The position numbers were made by a program, and so were the translations under genes. From positions 32,001 through 96,000 of IMG/VR virus record IMGVR_UViG_3300015615_000196: a stretch of DNA of 64,000 bases; one strand, 5' to 3'. Numbering within the stretch: the stretch's first letter is position 1; the number at the start of each line of letters is the position of its first letter. Origin of the DNA: a virus (taxonomy: Duplodnaviria > Caudoviricetes). Below are positions 1 to 11,045 of this stretch, one piece after another. A model generated the notes under the pieces. It did no database searches. It saw only the letters and a program-made list of their open reading frames with translations, and was not told the origin of the DNA.

Positions 1-453
1 AAGCCGACAAGGTGAAGAAAGCGAGAGAGGCCCAAATAGCCTCTAATTTGCGTATGAATGATCCACAAACGATGATGAACCAAATCGTGACCAGAGACCC
101 CTCTGGACAATGGGTGTCTGCAAAGCCAATAGAAATGGTCTGTGAGCATGAGGGTTGCGCCAACATACACGGCAGGGAGTATAAACGCCCTGAAACCGGG
201 GATTCTTGGGATGGAGAGCCTATTTTCCTCTGTGATAAGCATTCTGTAGGCCATGAACCGTTTTCGACCTAATGGAGCAGAAAGTAGTCCTTTGTGGTAT
301 CTGCCCCTACCTGTACACAGTTGACGGGGTAAAGCCGTACACTCCTACCGAAAAAGAAAAAGAGATTTTTCTTGACAATATGAAAAAGGGGTTGCCGGAA
401 GATACCGTTGTCGTTTACTCACCAGTGCCATTACAACCTCCCTTTATCAAGAA

Positions 454-1365
454 ATGAAAAAGAAAAGAATTGCAATACTTTTTTCAGGTGGACTTGATTC
501 TACCTATTTGGTTTACAAAGCCCTCAAGGACGGACATGATGTAACTCCCGTGTACATCGAAATACTCAACAACCCCGGCAAGTCTACAATTGAGAAGCAA
601 GCAATCTTTCAGCAGTTTCTTGTTTTCAAAACACAAAACAAAGAATTAACTGGAAAGTTAATGTCACCACAATTAGTTGGGAAGATGGAAGTCTGGAAAT
701 CATGGGACAGTGATCTTCAATTCAATCAAGTACCGATCTGGTTATTGTGTATTCAGTATATGGATTATCGTGACTTCGATGAAATTCAAATTGGATATGT
801 TGCCAACGATGATGCGAATGCATTTCTCTCCGACATTTCCAAGACCTTCAAGCAACTTATGTGGATGCGCAGTACTGATGGAAGACCAAAAGCTAAATTG
901 ACTTTCCCTCTTGCACGTATTCAGAAACAAGAGATCATCGAAGAATTACCATATGCATTTAGAGAGCATCTTTATTCTTGCGAGACTCCGATTCTTCTTG
1001 AAACAAAACACAAGATTGAGATACCAGAGTTGGATATGAATAGTCAGTTTCAACGAACTTTCTTAGGCAACGATGAAGGGATGGTTGAAGATTATGAAGT
1101 CTGTGGTAGTTGCAGTTCCTGTCACAAGATATTCACCAATGAGTATCTGTATGATAGATACCAATCGATTCATCATACTGACTATCAAAAAGTCCAGACT
1201 AAGATGACTTTACGAATGCACGATAAACTTCTCAGTGAAGCAAAACACGACAGCAGACTCAAGTCTTATCTTGATGATCACGAGCGTAGAAAGACCGAAG
1301 GGTTTGAATACGCAGTGAAAGAAGAATTCAAGGACGTTGCTCTCGTAGATAAAGCCGAAGCATAA
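454..1365 (+). CDS. queC: QueC-like 7-cyano-7-deazaguanine synthase / PP-loop ATPase
   Basis: N-terminal LFSGGLDS PP-loop; C-terminal YSCE...CGSCSSC zinc motif typical of QueC. Confidence 0.75.
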   Translation: MKKKRIAILFSGGLDSTYLVYKALKDGHDVTPVYIEILNNPGKSTIEKQAIFQQFLVFKTQNKELTGKLMSPQLVGKMEVWKSWDSDLQFNQVPIWLLCIQYMDYRDFDEIQIGYVANDDANAFLSDISKTFKQLMWMRSTDGRPKAKLTFPLARIQKQEIIEELPYAFREHLYSCETPILLETKHKIEIPELDMNSQFQRTFLGNDEGMVEDYEVCGSCSSCHKIFTNEYLYDRYQSIHHTDYQKVQTKMTLRMHDKLLSEAKHDSRLKSYLDDHERRKTEGFEYAVKEEFKDVALVDKAEA

Positions 1366-2409
1366 TTACTTCGAGTCCCAATACTGTTTAAAGATCGGAA
1401 TAGCTAACAAGTAGTTCAAGTCTACTTGGATCATTCTCAATGTCTCAGCAATGAGATCGTGGTCGATGTACGCATCTTCATCATCAGTTCTGAAAATCTT
1501 ATCTAAGGTTTCGACATAGCTTTCGGCATCACCGACAAACTCCCATTCAAGGATGTGAACCTGATTTGAATTTTGAGCAGGGACTACGGCAACATCCGAG
1601 TACGTTGCTCCATCCAATATGTCATCTACGACATAATTTTTTCCATCCTTTACTGCTTGCTGCATTACCGTTGGCGGGTGATGACTTTGTGTTGGATTTG
1701 GCACAAGGTTGTCGATAGTGACGTGTACCACAAAGTATTCAGTATAGAAATCGGCATTCTGTTTTTCACTGGTAAAGAAGAATCCACCGTAGGGGTTTCC
1801 GCTACTTACGATACCTGTTCCGATCAATCTTGGGTCAAATTGTTTGAACGGCAACGGGGTTCTGCTTCCATGATAATAAATCTTATTTAAAATATTACCA
1901 TCTTCGTTAAGTTCTCCTTTATCACTTTTACCGAAGTTAAGTCCTCCTTTATCAATTTTACCAAACGAATCAAGTTTTGGATATGAAGGATCGCCAGTGA
2001 TCTTTGCTTTCTTTTTCTGTTGAATAACATCCCATACGTGAGACTTAACTTTCATGTGATTTGCCACAATATATTTAACTACAGCAGGATTACCGCCCAT
2101 CGATGTAATCCAGTCACGGTACTTATCAACAAACTTTTCAGATTCCTTTTCATGACCGTGTGCAGTTGGGTTTCCGTTTTTAAAGTCGAGTGTAAATGCC
2201 TTACCAAGATCATGAAAGAGTGCAGCAAGAATGATGTCCATATCATCTGGATGTTGGCGAATTGCTCTGGTTACCACCACAGCAATATGTTTCAAAGTAT
2301 TACCTTCTGGATGGTGAACAGGATTTTGAGGTGCTTTCCATTGCTGCCAAAATAGGTTTTGGAGGTCTTTTGGTGCTGAACGGACTAAATCTTTGAAACT
2401 TTGGATCAT
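1366..2409 (-). CDS. HD-domain phosphohydrolase fused to a putative ADP-ribosyltransferase-like domain
   Basis: HHPEGNTLKH...LAALFHDLGK...HGHE (HD of the CCA-enzyme type); C-terminal YYHGS...FDP...GFFFTS pattern; start moved to MIQSF (2409), just after a GTATTTAT motif. Confidence 0.6.
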   Translation of the reverse strand: MIQSFKDLVRSAPKDLQNLFWQQWKAPQNPVHHPEGNTLKHIAVVVTRAIRQHPDDMDIILAALFHDLGKAFTLDFKNGNPTAHGHEKESEKFVDKYRDWITSMGGNPAVVKYIVANHMKVKSHVWDVIQQKKKAKITGDPSYPKLDSFGKIDKGGLNFGKSDKGELNEDGNILNKIYYHGSRTPLPFKQFDPRLIGTGIVSSGNPYGGFFFTSEKQNADFYTEYFVVHVTIDNLVPNPTQSHHPPTVMQQAVKDGKNYVVDDILDGATYSDVAVVPAQNSNQVHILEWEFVGDAESYVETLDKIFRTDDEDAYIDHDLIAETLRMIQVDLNYLLAIPIFKQYWDSK

Positions 2410-2460
2410 AGCTATAAATACAGAAAAAAAGGTGGCAGTATTTATGGGAAATTCTACGTT

Positions 2461-3165
2461 ATGCAATACACTGACAATCTTTTAAGTGTAGGCGAATTCT
2501 ACAATGAGGTTTTTGAAAAGAATACGATCTACCTACACCACACCGCAGGGGCACACAGACCCGATTTAGTTATCAACTATTGGGATGGCGATGACACCGT
2601 TGACGCAAAAACAGGAAAGAAAATTCCGTACCCGATTGCAACAGCCTATGTAATTGGTGGAGTATCAACCCGTGACAAGAATGACATCAAATATGATGGT
2701 AAAATCTATCGTGCATTCGATGACACTCTTTGGGCGCATCACCTTGGTACGACATACCCGAACAACCGTGCACTTAACAAGCAGTCAGTTGCAGTAGAAA
2801 TTTGTAACTACGGCCCTCTCAAGTTATCGAATGATGGCAAGTTTTACACTTACGTGCAGAGCATCGTTCCACCAGAGCAAGTGATAAAGTTGGACAAACC
2901 TTTTAGAGGTTTCACCTACTATCATGCGTATACGGACAAGCAGATTGCAGCTACGAAAGATTTCATTGTTGCAATGAAGGCAAAGTTTCCGAAAATTGAA
3001 TTAAAGTCTCCGCTTTTGACTGTCGAAGGTTTTGAGTTAAATGACAAGGCGAAAGCAGGAGTACCGGGAGTTTACTCTCACAGTAACGTTAGAACTGACA
3101 AGTTCGACCTTACGCCACAACCGAAAATGTTGGCAATGCTGAAAGAAGTATTGTCCCCTCTCTAA
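2461..3165 (+). CDS. N-acetylmuramoyl-L-alanine amidase (Amidase_2, endolysin-like)
   Basis: IYLHHTAG, WAHHLG, SVAVEICN and YSHSNVRTDKFD zinc-amidase motifs. Confidence 0.8.
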   Translation: MQYTDNLLSVGEFYNEVFEKNTIYLHHTAGAHRPDLVINYWDGDDTVDAKTGKKIPYPIATAYVIGGVSTRDKNDIKYDGKIYRAFDDTLWAHHLGTTYPNNRALNKQSVAVEICNYGPLKLSNDGKFYTYVQSIVPPEQVIKLDKPFRGFTYYHAYTDKQIAATKDFIVAMKAKFPKIELKSPLLTVEGFELNDKAKAGVPGVYSHSNVRTDKFDLTPQPKMLAMLKEVLSPL

Positions 3166-3192
3166 AAGTTTGACACAACTTTGACTCGGTTG

Positions 3193-3221
3193 GAACCCGT
3201 GCAGAAATGTGCGGGTTTTTT
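3193..3221 (+). terminator. Intrinsic terminator
   Basis: AACCCGTGCA-gaaa-TGTGCGGGTT hairpin followed by a T run, after the amidase. Confidence 0.7.
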
Positions 3222-3278
3222 ATTCTACGCAGATTATGCGGTGAATAAGGGGTCTATTCTACGCAAAATATGCGGTGA

Positions 3279-3734
3279 TTACCACCAGAGTCTCATGTAG
3301 ACTCTGCCAAATGATTTCATTCCTCTTTGGAATTCTTTCCATTCGGTTTTAGTCATCCAGCCACCATCGGTGTCTTTGATGGCCAATTCAAAAGCACGGA
3401 TTGCACGGTCAATGTCTTCGTAGAGTTCCCCTTCGTTGACGATAGTACCTTCAATGATTTCACGATGGCGTTTGAGACGTGGCAGAACAAAGTTTGCAAT
3501 GGTTGCGCTGAGACACCATGTTTCGGTATCGTCAAAACCACGTTCCATTCTTTGTTGTTGGAATCGTGGTTCACGTTCATCGTGTGGATCAGTCAACGAG
3601 AAGTTGATGTTCGGGATGTTGAGATATTTCGGATCAGCTTTTGGCGCAGTTGCCAAAGCAAATCTTGCTTTCACTTTTTCTGATGCAGTGAGTTCTTTTT
3701 TAGGCGTTGCTTTCTTTTTGGCCATAGAGTTCAT
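3279..3734 (-). CDS. Hypothetical phage protein
   Basis: ORF in a packed minus-strand run. Confidence 0.6.
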   Translation of the reverse strand: MNSMAKKKATPKKELTASEKVKARFALATAPKADPKYLNIPNINFSLTDPHDEREPRFQQQRMERGFDDTETWCLSATIANFVLPRLKRHREIIEGTIVNEGELYEDIDRAIRAFELAIKDTDGGWMTKTEWKEFQRGMKSFGRVYMRLWW

Positions 3735-4314
3735 TCAATTTCGGAAACGCATCCGTATACTGTTTCAACGTAGGCCAAGTCTTGTCTCTTTTATTGAGAA
3801 TCATCTTGTCCCACTTGAGATCGTGTACTACCGTATGCAAGTTGTTTGCGATACGAAGTTCAGGATCGTGAGGATTTATTCCACCTTCATATTCTTTACT
3901 GTAGTAGTTATCACACTTGTACTGAAAGATTGCATGAGGTGAAAGCGTAAGAAATCCGTGTCCGAATCCTTTCGGTACAAACATCTGCTTACGGTTTTCA
4001 TCATTCAAAATTTCCATGTGTACATTACCATAGCTTCTTTCTTCTGGACGGAGATCGACAACAATGTCAAGCACCGAACCTGATACCACACGTACAAGTT
4101 TTGATTGTGCGTAGGCTCCATACTGAAAGTGGAATCCTCTGAATACATTTCTGTACGAGATAGATTGGTTCTCCTGTACGAATTTCACCGGATACCCAAG
4201 TGCACGGTCAAGAACATAGTCACGGTAAGTTTCAAAAAACAAACCACGATCATCTTCATAGATGACGGGTTCAAGAACAATCAGTCCTTTAAAACCAGTT
4301 TCGATTATGTTCAT
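3700..4314 (-). CDS. rfbC: dTDP-4-dehydrorhamnose 3,5-epimerase
   Basis: DDRGLFFETY, FVQENQSIS, RGFHFQ, QSKLVRVVSG, VPKGFGHGF and YKCDNYY motifs. Confidence 0.95.
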   Translation of the reverse strand: MNIIETGFKGLIVLEPVIYEDDRGLFFETYRDYVLDRALGYPVKFVQENQSISYRNVFRGFHFQYGAYAQSKLVRVVSGSVLDIVVDLRPEERSYGNVHMEILNDENRKQMFVPKGFGHGFLTLSPHAIFQYKCDNYYSKEYEGGINPHDPELRIANNLHTVVHDLKWDKMILNKRDKTWPTLKQYTDAFPKLNELYGQKESNA

Positions 4315-4558
4315 TCAAGTTCTTTTTTATCGATTTGCGCTGGCATCCAGTGCGTTATATCCATCCAAGTTGATGTGATCGCACGATCCATCGGCCCCGG
4401 ATATTTTTCTACTTCAAACACTCCCCTGTATTCTGTTCCCTTCGTTTCAGTGTTGAAATAATTTCGTTTTACATATTTTGCTGCAACGAGCCTTTTACCG
4501 TTGTAGCCAATTACGTCTTGGTTTTCTTCTGGAAGACTTTCGGTTATTGGAATGAGTC

Positions 4559-5050
4559 TCATAGGATATACTTGCTTTCTAAGTTGATACCGCACATTTT
4601 GCAGAATTCAATGAAGTCCGCATATGTGAAGTCGTTTTTAAAATATACCACAAGTTCATATCTGTCATGTGGGAAGATCAATGTTTGATCATCGTCAATT
4701 GAGATAATGTGAACTTTGTTTTTAACCTTGTCATGCACTTCAATTTCAAATGCCCAATCCTTGTGACTGCAAGGATAACCGCCACCACAATCACAAGAAT
4801 CATAGTTTACCTTCACGTTGGTGAAGAGCAATTCTGATTTTGCCTTGTAGTATTTTTCGACTTGTTCATCGTAGATGCTTTGCGACATGATCTCTTTATC
4901 GCTTTCAGCAGGAAGCCACAATTGATTCATGTCCATTCTGGACAAATCATTGGTATCGAATGGGATTTTGAAAAAGTCCATTTGTTCGTAGATTTTTGGT
5001 TTGTATTCTCCGTGTTGGAGAACCGTCTTCATTTCAGTAGTGTTGTCCAT
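4559..5050 (-). CDS. Hypothetical protein
   Basis: ORF with CDC...CSH motif in a packed operon. Confidence 0.55.
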   Translation of the reverse strand: MDNTTEMKTVLQHGEYKPKIYEQMDFFKIPFDTNDLSRMDMNQLWLPAESDKEIMSQSIYDEQVEKYYKAKSELLFTNVKVNYDSCDCGGGYPCSHKDWAFEIEVHDKVKNKVHIISIDDDQTLIFPHDRYELVVYFKNDFTYADFIEFCKMCGINLESKYIL

Positions 5051-6921
5051 CTATAAAATCTTGAGGGTCGTGTCCTTCTTTTATTTTTTGACTCGGTGGG
5101 GGTGTTGTATCCACAGGCCCACGTTCTCCTTTGGGTCTTTCTTCAATTTCCACAATTACCACTTGGTCTTTCTTTTTCAAGATGTTTAAAATCGCGAAAT
5201 GAAGTTGAAGCAATTCAGCACCAAGCGTGGCGAACAATGAAAGAATGATTGCAATGGATGACTTCATATCAAAACTCAACACCCAATTAAACGGCTTCAA
5301 CATTAACATAAAGAACAGGTAGAAGACTACCATGATTAAGAAGTTCCTTACGAAGTATGTTTTCAGCAATGCTTTCATGCAAGAGGTTTGAAACGTTCAG
5401 TTATCGATTCTTTCTCTTCTTCGTTGTCGCTTTGATCCAACATAATGAAATATTCAATCACTACTTCGGCAGCAAAATTTTGAGCATAGTGTTCTCCATC
5501 CTTGCTACGGATGTTAAGCGGTGAAACAGATTCAAGAATCCAGTTGTACTTTTCTAAGAGTACAGCAATGTCATCGTAATTCATTTGCGTTTTTAAGTTT
5601 CGGTTCTTCTTTCTTCGTAAAGCCGAAGAGATTACCAATAAATTTAATGACGTGCCAAATTGCCCAAATTGCAACAACTCCGAATCCGATGGAGATTAGA
5701 GCGATGACACTTACGTGTAAATTTGCAGCTAAGTCTTGTGGGTCTATCATATTACCATTTTCCTTTGGTGACGTTTACAGCAGGATCAGAAATCTTTGCA
5801 TGATCTTTCGGAAAAATTTTCTTGGCGTTTTCACGTTGCATGAAAATTCTTTCGATACCACCAACGAGAAAATCCTTCAACACTTCGTAGTGAACAAAGT
5901 CTGGTTGTGATGGATCGTCAACGGCAATGACATCTTTCGAATAGATCGGATCGTTGTCCTGAAAAATTGTGATGTTGTAGGAGAAGCCAATTTTCTTGAC
6001 TTCGTATTTGAATGCTGTGTTGTACTTGAGACTCAATCTCCCAAGCACGTTATCAACTAACAGTATGTAGGGGTCTTTCTTGTCCATAGTACAAATATCT
6101 TATGGACAAAGATAATGATTTTTTAGAGTATTGCAATTCTGTTGATATAAAACTTTGTGTCTTTTTCAACGTTCAAAACCTCTGTAATCGAATAGATTAC
6201 GTCTAAGGTTTGGGTTTTGACAAGAATCAATCCTGAACGTCTGAACACATTTCTGATCTCAACGTTCGAGCATTTGGTAAGCTGCGTTAAGACAGAATCA
6301 ATGTTTTCATTCAATACTCGCAAATTATAATTTGCTGCTGCTATGGACATAGGTCTGGCCGTTATAATATATTATAAATACCAAACCAGACAGGCTTTGG
6401 TCAAATAGCCTTAACTGACCTTACCAAAGCGGTTTTTAACTACTTTGGTACGTCCATCCGTATCGACAAATACAACCACATCGTCAGTGAGCATTACTCC
6501 GGTCTGAGCCAAATGAAAATATTTCCATTCGATAACTTCGAAAGGAAAACCAGCGTAAATGTCGAGAAGGTCTTTCCTCTCCAACAGTAGTCCTTGAAAT
6601 GATTTCATTTGTTGTATTTCTTTTTTAGTCTTTCCAATTCAGCCAATTCTTTCGACTCGTTTTCCTGTCGTTTAATTTCGGCAGCTTCTTTGTCGAATTG
6701 TGCATACCAAGTATTCACATCGACTTCGTAAGAGGCTTTCACTTCGTAGAACATGATGTTGCTCAACTTTGTCTCTTCGTGGTTGTTGTTCTCCTTGACG
6801 TATTTCTTGAGAAACTGAGTTGCTTCGGCAGAAGTCTCTGCATCAAATTTAATGGTCTTCACACCACATCCAATTGTGTAATCACAACCTTCTGCTTCTT
6901 GTTTTAGTATTGCAACGAATT

Positions 6922-7734
6922 TCATGCTTCTTGTTTTTTGTAGTAGTTAATTATTCTCTTGAATTGCTTTTCCAGATCAAGGTCTTTCTTATTTAATTTT
7001 CTGTGATAAGACGTGAGTACCACACCGCTCATGTCATCTGCATGATTAATGCCGTGACTTTCAAACCATGCATTCAATGCTGGTTTAACTTGAGGGTAGG
7101 TATCATCGTTTTCATTAACAGAATTCTTTGCGTAGTTCTCTGACCACCACAAACGCCATCTGTTACGAATCCACATTCCCAACGTCATATGGGCAAGTCC
7201 CATCATTTCTTTTTCAGGACAGGTCTGGAAGGCTTCTTTGTCTTGAAGGAATTTATCCAGATATGCAAATGCTTCATCGAGTGTTTCAGGTTTGTAATCA
7301 ACGTGCATGATCTGTCTCTGAATTCTTTTTTGAAGAAGCTGATAACGTTCCAGCGTTTTAAATTCTCTTGCTCTCTCAGAGAACAAAATATATTCTCTGT
7401 TGGATTGCTCATACTCCGACATCGCAATCTCGTCCTGAATTTCTTTTGCCCACTGATCCTTTGTCAAGTCGATGATCGTACCATCTGAAATCACGTTCCA
7501 GTAATGATGATGTTTTTTATTGTAGAGGATCAATCCTCCAAAGAAGTCATTCACGATCAATGCAGTTACTGCACAGTGTCCGAAACTTGGATTCTCCCGT
7601 GTCCATTTATCTTTGTTTGCCGGAAAACTTGTATCGCTGTCCCATGCATTCAGGAACAGTCCACGTAAGTTTTCAATGTCAACACTTTCTTTCATCTTAT
7701 TTGTGATTGAATTTAATTGATGGCATAAAGCCAA
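6922..7734 (-). CDS. Two-domain hypothetical protein (YunG-like N-terminus, DUF6794-like C-terminus)
   Basis: NPSFGHCAVTALIVNDFFGG...HYWN; LGMWIRNRWRLW...HADDMS. Confidence 0.5.
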   Translation of the reverse strand: MALCHQLNSITNKMKESVDIENLRGLFLNAWDSDTSFPANKDKWTRENPSFGHCAVTALIVNDFFGGLILYNKKHHHYWNVISDGTIIDLTKDQWAKEIQDEIAMSEYEQSNREYILFSERAREFKTLERYQLLQKRIQRQIMHVDYKPETLDEAFAYLDKFLQDKEAFQTCPEKEMMGLAHMTLGMWIRNRWRLWWSENYAKNSVNENDDTYPQVKPALNAWFESHGINHADDMSGVVLTSYHRKLNKKDLDLEKQFKRIINYYKKQEA

Positions 7735-7943
7735 TCGTAACTTTCTCTTTTGTTCTGTGCTGTTTGAGGAATTTGAAAACGATCATTGCCAGTGCAGCAC
7801 CGCCCCACGATCCGATTGCCCACCAGATACTACCGTTGCCGATTGCAGCAAGTAGTGCAAAGGGAACGATACACGCTCCGATGTTTGCAATGATCAAACA
7901 AATCTTTTCTGGAAGCGGAGATATTCTGATCAAGTCCAGTATG

Positions 7944-8414
7944 TTATTTACTTTCTGGTTCTGTTCCGGTGTCATCTTTTTTCTCTTCGTTCTTTTCTTC
8001 TTCAATTGATTTTAATTCCAACTCGGCTAAGTTCGCCACCGTAAGAAGGGTGGTGTATGCTTGTCCAAGTCCTGCACGGTCATCCAAAAAAATGTTGGCG
8101 TAGATTTTCCCGTTGTTGCCGTACTGCATATCAATCACATTTTGATTGATGCCGTCAACTTCAATTCCATTCTTCTGAAAGAATTCTTTAATGAACGGGT
8201 AGCGTTCAACTTTGGATGCGGTGAAGACCACGACATAGAAACCCAACTCTTTACATTTCTTCAAGAGATTGAGTACCATCGTGTGTGAGGTGTTTCGGTT
8301 ATGGGTATCGTAGACTGTTTCATCGAAATCACAGGCCACAATCAGTTTGGGGTGCTTTTTCCACTCGTTAAAGAGTCGGACAACAGCATTATCGGTTTTA
8401 AAATAGGTATCCAT
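7944..8414 (-). CDS. HAD-superfamily hydrolase-like protein
   Basis: VACDFDETV motif I; IFLDDRAG motif IV. Confidence 0.65.
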   Translation of the reverse strand: MDTYFKTDNAVVRLFNEWKKHPKLIVACDFDETVYDTHNRNTSHTMVLNLLKKCKELGFYVVVFTASKVERYPFIKEFFQKNGIEVDGINQNVIDMQYGNNGKIYANIFLDDRAGLGQAYTTLLTVANLAELELKSIEEEKNEEKKDDTGTEPESK

Positions 8415-8503
8415 ACGGTTTCCAAATTTAGGAAATTTCCTAATATCTGGTTAGAATTTGTCCAGTTTTTTTTCGACCTTTGAATCCTTAAATTTAAAGG
8501 CTT

Positions 8504-9334
8504 ATGAAAGACGATCTTGGCGACCGAATGAAAACCTACTACGAAGACCGTACACGGATTTCATTGCCCCGTAGAACCTTTACCATTATCCGTATTGATG
8601 GTAAGGCATTCCACACCTACACAAAGGGTCTTACCAGACCATTTGATAACGATCTCATTGATGACTTGAATGAGACCACTAAGTTCCTGTGCCAAAGCAT
8701 TCAAGGAGTAAAGATGGGCTATGTTCAGTCAGACGAGATTTCGTTGGTGTTGACGGATTTCGAGAAACATTCAACTGATGCTTGGTTTGATGGCAATCTT
8801 CAAAAAATGGCCTCAATCTCAGCAAGTATGGCAACATCGAAATTCAACCAATTGAGAACGGTGCGTTTCTTGAGAAATACGATGCACACCTTATACTTGG
8901 AGAAGTTCAAGATGGCACATTTCGATAGCCGTGTGTTCACCATTCCATCATTGGAGGAAGTGATCAACTACTTTATTTGGAGACAGCAAGATGCTTCTCG
9001 CAACTCGGTATCGTCTGTTGCTCAGTCTTTGTATTCACACAAAGAATTGAACGGTAAGACTACCAGTGATATGCAAGAATTGATTTTCCAGAAAGGTCAG
9101 AACTGGAACGACTTTCCTGCTGGTCAGAAGCGTGGCCGTACCATTGTGAAGAGAACCGTTGTCGTTCCTACTACGAAGGATATTGTTGAGAAAGCACGAG
9201 ACAAATCAGCTTTCGTATGGGATGATGTGAAGGGTTATGGAATCAACCGTAACCAGTGGGTGATTGAAGAACCACCGATTTTCACAGAAGACAAGGATTA
9301 TATCCGATTGACAGTAATGAAAAAGGAGGCGTAA
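8504..9334 (+). CDS. thg1: tRNA(His) guanylyltransferase (Thg1-like)
   Basis: IRIDGKAFHTYT, GYVQSDEISL, FDSRVF and WRQQDASRNS motifs. Confidence 0.95.
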   Translation: MKDDLGDRMKTYYEDRTRISLPRRTFTIIRIDGKAFHTYTKGLTRPFDNDLIDDLNETTKFLCQSIQGVKMGYVQSDEISLVLTDFEKHSTDAWFDGNLQKMASISASMATSKFNQLRTVRFLRNTMHTLYLEKFKMAHFDSRVFTIPSLEEVINYFIWRQQDASRNSVSSVAQSLYSHKELNGKTTSDMQELIFQKGQNWNDFPAGQKRGRTIVKRTVVVPTTKDIVEKARDKSAFVWDDVKGYGINRNQWVIEEPPIFTEDKDYIRLTVMKKEA

Positions 9335-9351
9335 ACCTCCTTTTTTTATTT
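9320..9351. terminator. Bidirectional intrinsic terminator
   Basis: AAAAAGGAGG-cgtaaa-CCTCCTTTTTTT between convergent genes. Confidence 0.75.
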
Positions 9352-11045
9352 TGGGCCGTACTTCTTGTACAATTCGTCTCGAAATACAAGTTGAGACAAT
9401 CCGTAGACCTTGCATGAGTCTTTGAACTCAATCGACTTCATATCATTCCAGACTAAGCATTCACCCCACGATACTGCCTTATAGTAACAAGTGTAGTTAT
9501 CGATCTGAGTTTTTACTCTGATCTGGTAACGAATATAATCGCAGTCCTCAAAGTACCTGCAAGAATTCGTTGCGAAAAAAATTAACAGGTATGGGAATAT
9601 CTTCTTTAACATGTCACAATCGGGCCAGTTAAAGTGCATCCACATATCCCACTACCACCATTGGCTGGATTACAGCCACAACGTTCAGCAATTCCTGCAC
9701 GTTTTTCCATTTCTTCATCGATCCATGATTTCTGCTTGAATGGCTTAATCGCTGGCATCGGAATCATCGGATAGCTTGGCGTAGGTGATGGAATGTATTG
9801 AATTTCCTTTTCTTCTTTCTTGCGAAGCAGTGCTGCTTCGTCACGAGTGATTTTACCCTCGTTTAAGAGTCTGGTAATAAGACTCTCTTTGCTTGCATCC
9901 ATTTCTCATAACGGATTAAAATAAAGTGATGGGGATTTCTTTCTTTACATTCCCCGCATCCCAAACACTAAAGAACTGACTTTTGTTCTTGTCGCTGATC
10001 AGAATGTTTCCTTTCAATTGTAAATACCCCTTCAAAACTAAATTGTAATGACGGATGATTTCAATAAAGATACTGATGATACTTCCGGCAAAGCGACCAA
10101 CGGGCATATCAACGTCCATTTCAATGCTGTAGAGAGACACGGCATTGTAGGCCATAATCTTTTCTTCCAGTGTAATAGCGTTTAAATCCTGACGAAGGGC
10201 TTTGTAGTAGTAGGATTCGACCAGCTTGACGATCTCGTCAAATTCGTTCGTTTGAGTTGAGTAGTATACCAGCCAGTCCTGAAATGACTTTATCTTTTTC
10301 TCTTGAAGATCGTTGCAAATTTCGGAAAAAAGGAACTTGGCCAACTTATCTTCCCTGTCAGGGGAAGCATTGATGGTATCAGCATAGAATGCGTTAAATC
10401 GCTCCTTTATTTGGTCGATGTTACTCTTCATATACACCCTTATACGTAAAAAGGGGCTATTTGTTGCTCTTTTTCTTGACCTCTACAAAATCGGCTATGA
10501 TCATTAATTTCAGCCTGTTTTTAGGGTCAGAAAGGTTTTCAAGAACCCAACAAAACTCTTTGGAATCGTAGTCGATGCGATATTCCTCCCCCTTATACAT
10601 AACTACATCCCGGTAGAAAAGTTTCTTGCCGTTCTTGTCTGTGTACTCGGTTTGGACTGCATTAACGAACACGGGTTTAACCGTGCTATTCATTGGAATG
10701 CCCCCTTCCTTTATGCGGATGTGATCAAAAAGGTGATCGTTTTCTGGTCGCAAATATGGATGCTTACCAGCATTAGAACTTACTTTGTTCATTGATTTAC
10801 ACCCCCCGCAAATGATACAAACATCTTATCCATGATTTCATCTAATTGAAACTCATTGATGATTGCATCCTTCTTTAACACAATGGCTGTCTTGATGGGT
10901 GTTGAAAATTTTTGATTCGATAATCGAACCAACTTGAATCTATGGTACTCTGCTCTTCCTCTTGTTTCTTCCTCCACTATGAACTCAACATGTGGAAACT
11001 CTAATTTTAATTCGGCTAAAACATCGACTACATCGTACATGAATT

